Under the pieces are notes generated by a model that ran no database searches, was not told where the DNA came from, and saw nothing but the letters and a program-made list of their open reading frames with translations. From Phyllobates terribilis (Eukaryota), in contig NW_027362764.1 in the NCBI RefSeq assembly GCF_046119375.1, positions 47,678,001-47,742,000 on the forward strand: 64,000 nucleotides of DNA, given 5' to 3'. The translations under genes were made by a program, and so were the position numbers. The first letter of the stretch is position 1; every line of letters starts with the position of its first letter. Positions 25,160 through 36,800 of the stretch are shown here, piece by piece.

Positions 25160-27535
25160 TATATCTCATGTATCCCGTAAGTCAGCATTGCCTCTGGATG
25201 ACTCGGGCCTATTGAAGGGGGGGGGGGGGGGATTCCTCTTTGGGCCAGCGTTAGACGACATATCGGAAAAAGCAGCAGATGCCAAAAAAGCCTTTCCTGT
25301 TAACCCCTTTCAGAGGAGATCCTTACCTCCTTTAGTTAGAAGACAGTTCTCTGCCGAAAAAGGTCAGGGACACAAGATGGAAGGGGCAAAAGAAAGGGAA
25401 GAGATTCAGCTATGACACATTCCCTGCTGATTCCACCAAAAGAACAAGAAGGCAATGACGCCAGGCCCCAGGTAGGTGGAAGATTAAAAGCTTTTCTTCC
25501 TGCCTGGGTAAAAATTTCAAGCAACAAGTGGATCTTAGACACCATAGCGCAGGGGCTAAAACTAGAATTCAGCTCTCACCCGCCAGAAAAATTCCAGCTC
25601 ACAAAGATCCAGTCTTCCGAAGAAAAACAACGGGCCTTAGAGCAGAAAGTTTGGCCGCTAGTGCAGAAAGGGGTCCTCACCGAGGTGCTAGAAGCAGAGC
25701 TAGGGAGAGGTTTCCACAGCCCTCTTTTTTTTGCCAGAAAAGCCAGATTACTCTTTAAGGACCATTGTGAACCTAAAAGGTTTAAATCAATATCTAAAAA
25801 TCAAGCATTTCAAAATGGAGACTATAGGGACAACAGTGAAGCTCCTTTTTCCCGCCAACAGTTATATGGCGATATTAGACCTCCAAGATGCATATCATCA
25901 CGTGCCCATTTGCCAGGAACATCAGAAATTCCTGAGAGTAACAGTAAGCATGCAGGGGAGATGGCAGCACTTCCAATTTCAAGTTCTTCCATTTGGGCTG
26001 GCCATGGCCCCAAGGGTCTTTACAAAGATAATATCAGAGGTGTCGGCCCATATCAGAAAGACGTACCGTTCATACAGTACTTAGACGACTTTCTAATAGC
26101 AGGAAAAACAAGGTCAGACTGCAGTCAGTCAGTAGATCACGTGGCCAGGGTCTTAGCATCCCTGGGAAGGGTACCGAATACAAAAAAATCCAAGATGATC
26201 TCGGAACAGCGTCAGATTTTTCTAGGAATTATGTTGGACGCATACAAACAAAGGTCTTTTCTCCCAGAAGAAAAGATGAGATGGTGTCTGCTCTGATCGA
26301 CAGTCCAATAGCGACACACCATGTCCATCCAGGGGTGCCCATCATCGTGCATCCCGGTGCTTGTATGGGCACGAGCACACTTCAGAACAATCCAGTGGGA
26401 GATTCTGGAGGCAGAAAAAAACATAGAAGGGACACCAAGATCCAAGTATCAGCAGCCACTCGGGAGTCCCTAGTTTGGTGGCTCCATCGAGAGAATCGCT
26501 TACAGGGAGTTCCCTGGGAGGATCAGACCCCATCCGTTATCACCACAGACACAAGTCCTCTCGGTTAGGGGACTCATCTGGGGAACAAAATCATTCAGGG
26601 TCTATGGCCGCGGGGGATGAGGAAGTCCTCCTCGAATCTAAAGGAGCGGACAGCCGTCACATTAGCACTATTAGAAGCCCTACCAACCCTGAAGAACCAA
26701 CATGTAAAGGTTCTTTCAGACAACACAACAGCGGTCTTCTATATAAAGAAACAAGGAGGCACAAGATCCAAATCACTGATGACCGAAGCGGGGAAACTCC
26801 TGACAATGGCAGAAAAGAAGTTTTTTGTCCCTATCTGCAGATTATCTAAAAGGAAAAGACAATAGAAGAGCAAATTACCTGAGCCAGCATCAGCTGGATC
26901 AGGACGAATGGTCTCTAAACCAATATATCTTTCAGAAATTGGTAAAGCTGTGGGGGCCACCTCAGATCGATCTTTTTGCATCCAGGGCCAACAGGAAAAT
27001 ACAAAAATTTTTCGCCCTAGACCCAAAAGAATCCTCATATGGGGTGAATGCCTTGACCCGAAAGTGGACGAAGGAACTAGCATATATGTTCCCGCAAATA
27101 TCCCTGTAGTACCAAGAAAGATCGGATCAAGCAGTAGTTTTAATTGCATCCTTTTGGCCCAAAGGGACATGGTTCACGTTGTTAAGACTAATGGCAGTGG
27201 AGGATCCGTGGTGGGTCCTTCCGGAGATCCCGGATTTGCTATCCCAAGGCCCAGTGGTGTGTCCAGATGTTAGGAAAGTTTCATCTGACGGCGTGGCGTT
27301 TGAGCGGCAGTTCCTGGAGTCAAAAGGTTTTTTCCAAAAACCTGATCTCTACCCTTATGGGAAGTAGAATGGTGACAAAGAAAATGTATGCAATGGTCTG
27401 GGAAAAATGTTTAGAATTTTCAGCAATCGATCCCTGCGCAAATAACCCTGTACCATGGGTAAAAATCCTGCAATTTTTACAGAAAGGGTTGGAGCTGGGA
27501 TTATCAGTAAACACCCTGAAGGTACAGATTTCAGC

Positions 27536-28457
27536 ACCAACAAAAGTTCACTTTGGGAATAAGAGGTGAAATATGAAGGGAGAAAAGACCCCCTTATTAT
27601 AAATAATTGCCTCTATCTTCCTGTAGATAATCCCAAACTGACACAAAAGGGGTTTGAATCAAAAATATATAAATTTTATTACACAATATAAATTTTATTA
27701 CACAATAGCGATAAAAAAGTGTAAAAACGGATAGGGAGGGGAGAGGACAGCTAGAGAAGGCAGGGTAAGATGAAGGCACCCTGCTCGGAGACTAACATCC
27801 TGACGAAGCCACTTCCGGGCGAAACGCGCGTCGAGGCTTCCAGGCATCCCTAGCATCTTACCACACGCTGCCCTAGACTTTACCAATAATGACTCAAGTT
27901 AATGGGAACCATATAATTCTACTGACTTGATGATATGGACATTCTCAAAGCGTTATCTCTGAACCTATAATCTACTATTGCCGGTCATATATGCTACATG
28001 TTGCATTTCCATATTATCACTGGTAGATTTGACATTACCTGGCATGTCTTTTGCCAGGATTTTCTATCATCGTATTATCTAGCCGACAGCCTATATTTAC
28101 ATCTGTTATATATTGTAAGCTGCCTCAAGGGATGTTAGTCTCCGAGCAGGGTGCCTTCATCTGACCCTGCCTTCTCTAGCTGTCCTCTCCCCTCCCTATC
28201 CATTTTTACACTTTTTTATCGCTATTGTGTAATAAAAAATAAAAAAAATTGTGTAATAAAATGTATATATTTTTGATTCAAACACCTTTTGTGTCAGTTT
28301 GGGATTATCTACAGGAGGATAGAGGCAATTATTTATAATAAGGGGGTCTTTTCTCCCTTCATATTTCACCTCTTATTCCCAAAGTGAACTTTTGTTGGTG
28401 TTGATAGACTTATAGGGGTTACGGACCATATATTTTATGGCCGGTTAATAGGATTTC
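27536..28457 (+). mobile_element. Penelope-like pseudo-LTR insertion with inverted arm, in the DIRS recombinase ORF
   Basis: 16-bp direct repeat aggtacagatttcagc at 27520-27535 and 28458-28473. Arms 27535-27800 and 28130-28400 are inverted. A hammerhead core starts at the inversion junction. Confidence 0.8.
27796..27836 (+). ncRNA. Minimal type I hammerhead ribozyme
   Basis: catc-CUGACGA-a-GCC-acuuccg-GGC-GAAA-CGCGC-GUC/gagg. Core intact, 3-bp stem II, self-complementary ACGCGCGU stem III, GUC triplet with predicted cut after 27832. Confidence 0.75.
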
Positions 28458-29831
28458 AGGTACAGATTTCAGCCCTGGGGGTTTTGTTTGACCAAAAGAT
28501 TGCCGACAATCCATGGGTAATAAGGTTCATAAAGTCAAGTAAATAGATCTAAACCAGTGGTTGGACCGCAAGTTCCACCATGAGACCTCAATTTAGTGTT
28601 CGATGCCCTAACTAAACCTCCTTTTGAACCATTAAAAGATATTCAAATGAAAATCTTGAGATATAAAACCATTTTTTACTAGTGGCCCTTACTTCAGCCA
28701 GAAGGATAGGGGAGTTACAAGTTCTATCATCAAACCCGCCATTTACTAACATTGTCTCCGATAGAATCATCATTTGACCACATCCAGCTTCCAAAAGCAG
28801 TCTGAAGTTTCCACAGGTCCCAAGAAATCATTCTTCCGTCCTTCTGCGATAACCCCAAAGACGATAATGAGGCTAGTTTCCACATCTTAGATGTTCTTTT
28901 CCAGGGTTCAAACAAAGGCTAGGCGGCATCTAAGAGGACCCTTGCTAGATGGGTTAAATCCACAATATCTCTGGCCTACTCTTCAGGCGGACACTCCATC
29001 TCTGAAAATTTGAAAGCCCACTCTATCAGAGCGAAATCCACCTCATGGGCGCAGAAAGGGCCAATGCTACTCTTGAGCAGATCTGTAGAGCAGCAACTTG
29101 GTCCTCACCATCCACATTTTTCAGACCCTATCGGTTGGATTTGGGTGCTTCTGATCTTTCCTTTAGGAGAAAGGTTCTTCAAGCGGTGGTCCCTCCCTAC
29201 GGGGTCCTATGTCATCTCTCGTATGGTGCTGTCATGGGGATGGGAAAAATTATAATTACTTACCCGTAATTTGATTTTCCAGAATCCAGGACAGCACCCT
29301 TCTTATTCCCTTCCCTACAATGGTTTTGGGTTGTTTTCTAATATCGCAAATTGTAGTGGGTGAAGCAGAAAAAAAATAAATTCTAGTATAATATGTATAT
29401 AATTATATCTATGCGTGTATTACTAATTAAATGGATGCTATGTAAACCACTGAAGCAGGAGGAGAGGCTCCGCCCTTTTAAATCTGTTGGTTTCCTGTCC
29501 TCGTGGGGGGGGGGGGGATCCTCTCTCTCTCCTACAGTGCTGTCGTGGGTTCTGGGAAATCAAATTACCGGTAAGTAATTATTTTTTGGCCACCAAGGTA
29601 AACACTATGTCTGGTGCCAAACCAACACAACTCATCACCCAAAGAACTCCATCCCCATGACGGCAGCATCATGGTGTGGGGATGTTTTTCGGCAGCAGGG
29701 ACAATGGTCCGAGTCGAGGGGAAAATGGATGGTTGAACTGATGCAAACCCTCAAAACAAACAGTGAAATTCCAGGGCCAGAGTGTGAGGTAGCAAGACAA
29801 ATAAGAGGTGTGAATACTTTTGCAAGCCACT

Positions 29832-30375
29832 AACTCAGGATCAGTAATGTATGTACACAGTGACAGTGACTGCACCAGCAGAATAGTGAGTGCAGCTCTG
29901 GAGTATAATACAGGATGTAACTCAGGATCAGTACAGGATCAGTAATGTAATGTATGTACACAGTGACTGCAGCAGCAGAATAGTGAGTGCAGCTCTGGAG
30001 TATAATACAGGATGTAACTCAGGATCAGTACAGGATCAGTAATGTAATGTATGTACACAGTGACTCCACGAGCAGAATAGTGAGTGCAGCTCTGGAGTAT
30101 AATACAGGATGTAACTCAGGATCAGTAATGTAATGTATGTACACAGTGACTCCACCAGCAGAATAGTGAGTGCAGCTCTGGAGTATAATACAGGATGTAA
30201 CTCAGGATCAGTACAGGATCAGTAACGTAATGCATGTACACAGTGACTGCACCAGCAGAATAGTGAGTGCAGCTCTGGAGTATAATACAGGATGTAATTC
30301 AGGAGCAGTACAAGATCAGTAATGTAATGTATGTACATAGTGACTCCACCAGCAGAATAATGATTGCAGCTCTGG
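29832..30375. repeat. ~80-97-bp satellite (copy at 43993-44536; fragments at 20885-20950 and 57400-57530)
   Basis: Unit gtgactgcaccagcagaatagtgagtgcagctctggagtataatacaggatgtaactcaggatcagt(acaggatcagt)aatgtaatgtatgtacaca. Confidence 0.93.
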
Positions 30376-30842
30376 AAAGAAATCTATACAGAAATAATGA
30401 TCTTTATATGTAAACTATGAGACAATGTCTGATGAGGGACAATCGCTTTAGAAACACACAGTGGCAATGCAGTAAAGGAGGAAAACATAACCAGTCCAGC
30501 TGACGATTTCATATCAATAACTGGGGGCAGAACAGTCAGCTTCACCTGCTCCAGCGCTCAGGTCTATCGCTTTACATACAAGGATTGTGAATCATCCAGA
30601 AATCAAAAACTTTCCTTTAAATAGATCCCTTTCTGGAGAGGAGCGTTCAGTCCGTGTAACAAGCGCGGTTCTGCGGATCACCGTCTGTCCGTGTACAGAT
30701 CCTTCGGGACTATGGCACTGTGTAACCCATCAGTCCTGTGAGCTGAGCATGGCTGCAGCTCACATACGTCATTCTGTCGGCCCGTCTCGTCTCTGACGCT
30801 TGGCCGGGTCTTGCACGATGGTGTCCTAGATGAGGATGGGAG

Positions 30843-33800
30843 TTACGGCTGTGCCGTCTCGGCAGGCACCAGGTTGCCTGTTGTATCCAGCTGCATGCAC
30901 TTACAGGAGCAGGCGGACACCGGGCACTCTGTGTGATCTCTGCAAAACACGACAGGGACAAGGGCAATTATCGCAAAAAAAAATAAAAATAAAATGGCTG
31001 CAGCCATGTTATGTCCACGGCAGGACCCAGACATTGCAAACCCTCTATAAAGACCCTACACCATGAAAAGGCAATGATGGGAAGTGGTTAACCCATTCCT
31101 TACCTGAACCAGCTCATCATATGTCCGGCGTGACCACCGTGTCGACAGTTGTGACACCACGTGAACCAATTGTTGAACTGGGCCACCTTCTTCTCCTTGC
31201 TGAGGTCGACCTTCTCATCAGACTTCGATGCCCCTATGAAGAAACCGTTCAGACATTGCGAAAGGAAAATCACATCGACACTGCGCATCGTTAAGTTCAG
31301 CAGCTTTGCCGAGGCAGATTAAATCAGCCATCAGGTGCAGGAAAAGATGCGGGCTCAGTGTCAGAGCCCGCATGAAAGGCAGGGACACTACCTTTGACGT
31401 ACTAGGGATGTGACATTAAGGGTTGTTACATAAGCATGCTATTCTTCAAGAAGTGTCCGGTAATCTAAGCAAACGGCAGTACACGATACAATTAGGAATC
31501 CCTCAGTTCTTGGATTTTTAATAAGTTGTAAATTGCAAAGTTTTTACAAAAAAAAACAAAAAAACTGTGTGCAATTTTACTGATTTAAGAAGATGGGAAA
31601 AATCCCTTGTGGCTTCATGTAGAAAAATCCAGAAAAGCTCTGTGGGTTAATCTGCGGAGATTACCTGGACAACTAGAGATGGGATTTCCCATGTTGATGA
31701 GGCAGAGAGCGCAGCGTGGCAGGGGCTTTCGGCAGCCGGGGCAGCTGGTGAACTTTGACTTTGTCGGTGACCCGCTGACTCCATACTGGCTGAATCCTCG
31801 GCCCTGGTGCGGTACGGACGAGCAGCTGTAAGAGATGGATTTCCCACAGAAATTACAGCTCACAAACACCTGCAAAAAAAAAATAAAATAAAAATTTACA
31901 TTTTCCATTCTAAGGAAAAAAAAAAAAAAAATATCCAGTGTCACTAAAATCAACAAAAACCCAGGTATTTTTTTTTCTTTCAAAGTATTTTGTTAGTGAA
32001 GACTAATTATATAATACGACTTTCTACTATATCCTGATTATTTGCTGTAGTGTATAAATCACGTATATTAACCTGAAGTTAAAGTTGTATTCTCATCTCC
32101 AAGATCCTATCCTAATATGTAGTAGGTGTAATAATATTAACAAATACCGCCAACTAGAATAGTAGCATAGTTATTTAATATAGTTAATATTATTATACCC
32201 ATTTGCAATCAGGCTTTATTCCTGGTGGATATAGCAGTCTGGAAGATGATTTGCTCACGTGATCGGGTCTGAATACCGCATGGATGTGATAACAAGATAC
32301 AGCCAGCAGAGCAAGAACCGACCTGCGCCAGAGGCTTGGAGCTGGGGTCCAGTTTACTCCGGTGGATATCAAACTCCGCTCTTTTATGCCAAAACCTCCA
32401 AGCGTCCAGCAAGTTCCTATAATTTTCTATCCAGTACTGGACTCGCTCATCCTTCAGCACATCTGATGGGGATCCCTAAGGAACCATGACAAAAGCAACA
32501 AGTATGGTTAGAAAAGGAAAAAAGGAACATCCATATAACATCACTGCTGCAATCCAGTGCCATCTCATTACATGTATTCCCTGCTTGTTCAGGGTCTGCA
32601 CAGCGCTCGCCTGCCTTTAGGGTGGTCTATCGGGCTCATTTTACAAAGACTGATGTCAAATGTACGGCATAAATGTCAGGTGGATAGAAGCAGGTCCAAT
32701 CATTTCTACAGGAGCTCCAGAAATCGTCCTAGAGATGAATAAACAGACGCACATGCACGGCCGCCTCTTCATTCCAGTTTTTGAGATTGATGCAGGTATC
32801 GACATCTATCAGACATTTCTGATATAGCCCATCGATTCTCCATAAATGTCCGACATGGGATAACCCCATTAAATCAGAGAACACCAGGGATCTCACCCAC
32901 TTGATACTACTTGCATCCTCCTGCATCATTCCACTGGAGGTCACAGAATAAGTCAAATATTTAAAAAAAAAATTAAGAAACATTTTTTTGGGTATTTTAG
33001 ATAAAAAAAAAATAAAATTTAAGTGTAATAAAATGCTACAAAAAAGGTACAAATATTATTGAGCTGTAAAATTAGAGAGATTGCAAAAACAAGTTCCACC
33101 GACCAACAATGAAGTCTGTGGAGGTAAAAGTCCCGTGCAACTTGTAACTGTACGAAAACCCGACCGGTTCGGATTCTATGCGACGTTTGTGTCGCAATTG
33201 TATTAGGTCACGGGTGTTAAAATAAGTCGGCTGTTCAATGAGATCTTGCAAGTGACATGATCTTTATGACACGTAACATACTAAGGTTAGGGTTAAAGAT
33301 AGACGGACGATCTTTAGATGCCACCATAGTCTATGGGGCTATTTTATGTCTGTGACAGCCATTTTTTTATGGGAGTCACAGACATGAGCCCATAGACAGT
33401 TTTTAGATGCCACATATTTCTAATATTTCTGTTATTTAATAGATATGATTATAAATATATATTTTTTTATAATATATCATATATGAAATAGAAATAAAAT
33501 TGATATATTAAAAAAAAGTATATATTCTATATAAATAAGTTAGTGTCACGTACATACCTTTTTTTGCCACAGGTTGCATGATATGTTGCTCTTGCCCCAA
33601 TAACACTTTGTGCGCGAACACTGTGAATCACATGCAAAATGTCTGCGATGTGACTTTTTATTGTAAGGCTAAGGCCCCTCAGTGACGTCTGAGAATTGCT
33701 CATGACGACACAAGTCACAAAACTAAAAACATTTATGCAACTTGAATACTTGCTACTAGAGATGAGAGGGTCGATTCGCAGGACTCCGGGTCCAGCGTCC

Positions 33801-36800
33801 AGGTCAGTGGTACATGGCGGATAGATGGGAGGCCCACGAGTCTCTTACCTTCCGGCGTCCTCGATGTTACATTTGATTTGTCAAGGATGGTACGACGTTA
33901 TCCGAGTCCCGCCAGCCCTGGCTAATCAAAAGCTACCACGCCGCCGGAAGGTAAGAGATCCACAGTCCTCCTGTTCAGCCGCCAGGTACCACCGCTGACC
34001 TGGACACAAGTCCCATGAATCGATCCGCTCATCTCTGCTTGTTACCAATTTTTAGCTGTTATTTTGTGGGGGGGAAAAAAAAAAAACAGTCAAATTACAG
34101 AGAAGTTGCACGCAACTCGAAGTTTATGGCAATGTTACTCTTGAATTGAGCAAATTTGCCCAAACAGAAATCCGGGAGATACGTTCACAAAATATTTACA
34201 TTGCACATTGCCATCTTAGGCGACAACGTGTCACCGTGTAGCTCCAGTCTGCTTTATCTATTGGGAATTGGTCCCAATATTCACATGTCCCGACACCGTG
34301 CTAATCCCAGATGTTGGACCGCTTTTCCAGATTTTAAAGAAAGTGTGTAGGAATAAGGGTAGGACTCCATAGTCCCGTCTTACCTGCAGCATGCAGTAAC
34401 TCGCAGTCTGCACGTCACCCGTTCTATCCACGTAACTTTCAATCAGGTCCACCCCGTCCTTCGTCAGTCCGGTCAGGACGATGCCCTCAAGGTTTCCCAC
34501 GTCCTTCATGTCCTGGGTCAGCTTGTCGATGTATTTAATTAACTGCAACAAATAAAAATTGCAACGCAAGATAAAAAATATCCTGCACCAAACAAAGCCT
34601 TCAACAACAAGATCAAACCCCTTTGGCACGACACAGAGCTTTCACTTATGTGATGGGTGGGGGAATGTTGTGTCGGATCATATCAGTAGAGGGTAAGCCC
34701 CTGTAATTCTGGTAGTATGGAGTAATGACTGGATCACACACGGTCAGCATTAGTGGCCACCTCGATGTCTCACCTGGGCATCATTTAGGAACAAGCAGGC
34801 GAAGGCCACCCGATCCCTCACCGCCATAGTGCAATCAAACTGCAATAATGGAGAACAAGTGTTAGTGCACACAACAGACATCAACAGAGCCCCCCATCTT
34901 AGCCTGAACCCCGCCAAGGCCCCGTATACGTCACACACGAATGCACGAAAATACAAAAGGATAAAAACATCATGAACCAACTTACCAGAACGGTGTCGTA
35001 GCAGCTGGGGTCGCTGGTGAGGAAGGCAAACATGACGGCAAGGTAAGGGTTACTCAGCTGATTTCGGAGGGAGCTGCACATCTCTCTCCAGAGGGAATTC
35101 TTTTCGTCTGTGTATCCGGAAAGCGCCATCGCTACCACATTCAGGTTCAGATCTCCTACAAGAAAAAATAAAAAATAAATGAAATCATTACTACGGCTGC
35201 AAGAAGAGAAAGGCCGGTGCAGATGGGAGGACCCGAAACAACGGCAGCGATGCGACTACAGGGTGTATGAATATCATCTACGGATCCCACATTAAAGGGG
35301 GTGTCCAGAGCTTATCCATACGATCAAGATCAGATCGGTGGGGGTCCGACATCGGCAAGTCCTGCTGCAGCCAATATGTCGCTCATCTCCTATTCACTTC
35401 ATAGGGGACCTGGTAAAGCATCCTTACTGACAGGGCTCGGATTATGGACGGACTGCAAACTCTACATTTGGGTCTTTTGTGCTTCCTACCTTTATCATGG
35501 TTGTCAGTGTCTGTGTGCTCCCCTCTTATTCCCATCCTCTCACATTATCACTCCATACTTCACTGTCCTACCAGTTTCATTTTTTTATTTTTTTTTTTTT
35601 ATTCCTCCTTCATTTTTGGGTTCTACTTGGTTTCCTGTGTGATCCCGGATCCTATATGGCCAGTCTTGAATTGACTTATATTTATATTGCTATGCTACAA
35701 GTGTCCAACGGTGAAGGGTCCGACCTGCTGACCACTAGAACGAGGGGCGCTTGTCACTTTGTGGGCTCGTGCCTGGCGGGGGTCAGAGCTCCAACCATCA
35801 GACATTGGTGACATGTCCCACCCCGAAAAAGAAAAATATTTATTATACACGGTAAAGGAAAAAAAAAAAAATGATACAAGGAATTAAATAGGATTAAAGC
35901 CCCCCTAACCTTTCCCGGTGGATGCCCCTTTATTCAGGATCTGGATGGCGCGACGGATATCCAGGTTGAACAATGCGATGGCCGCTGCTCTCTCCCATTC
36001 TCCTTCCTGTTCCAGTGAGGTCAGGAACGGTCCGATATCCGTGTTTGATCCCTTCTTTCTCCAGCCGCAAAGCTGCAGCGCCAAACTGCGCTCCTCGCTG
36101 ACATAATGGACCACGTCCGTCTGACGGTCAGAACCGCTCCAGCTGCACCGGACGTTCTCCGTCGTTCCTATGATGGGATACGATGTGATTAGATCACTGT
36201 ATATAAAGCGTTATCACTGTATACTGGCACGTTCTGCAACTTTACAACTTTATATTTTCATTTCTGCTAACTTGCAAGATCTGTGCTTGCTGTCTGTGAC
36301 TAGGAGCGTTCTTGAAGATACCTGATAATTCCTAAAGCTAAATTAGCACCTGGTGCAAAATGCTGACCTGCCTAGAATGGAAATAATCAGGAAAAAGCTC
36401 CATAATTGGGTATTGTATGCTGGGAGATTTCAGCTCTGAAGCCTTTTGAAAAGGTTAAAGCAGCCAAGGTGTGTCTGAGGATTACACCAAAGTAGGTAAT
36501 ATAATCTTAACTCAATTTTTTTTAGCCCGATTTTTTTTTTTTTTTTGCTGATCTACAAAGTCATTCAGACACTGAGGAATTAAAGGGGTTGTCTGGCCAC
36601 AAAAGTCAAAAAGATGGGGTAAAAGAACAAGAGAATCTGGATAGCACAGGTGTCTTTACTTCTTGTCTGCATGGATAAGTGAGAATGGCAATCACTACAG
36701 CAAGTGATTAGCGGCAGCGGTCACAGAAGGAAGCAGAGCCTGGCATGGACAGATTAGAAAAGCATGAATTATTTTATATAATTCTGCACTGTGTACAGAC

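Larger units (their letters stand above)
22687..29585 (+). mobile_element. DIRS1-like tyrosine-recombinase retrotransposon, decayed, left ITR missing
   Basis: Gag-like ORF1 (ECAL..KKLCQPC; LFGPALDD), RT (VGGRL, LDLQDAY, LPFGL, YLDD), RNase H (TTDTS, SDNTTAV), methyltransferase-like DLFAS...YMFP, recombinase (SARRIGEL, HSIR, TWSSPSTFFRPY). Internal complementary region ~29200-29300 and right ITR ending ...ggtaagtaattattttt. Confidence 0.93.
20953..29831 (+). mobile_element. Outer Tc1-like element (TIR tips and transposase remnant) hosting a nested TE stack
   Basis: TA|cagtggcttgcaaaagtgttcacccc at 20953 pairs with gtgtgaatacttttgcaagccact at ~29808-29831. Transposase remnant FGHQGKHYVW...GSIMVWGCFSAAG at 29585-29730. 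Confidence 0.7.
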
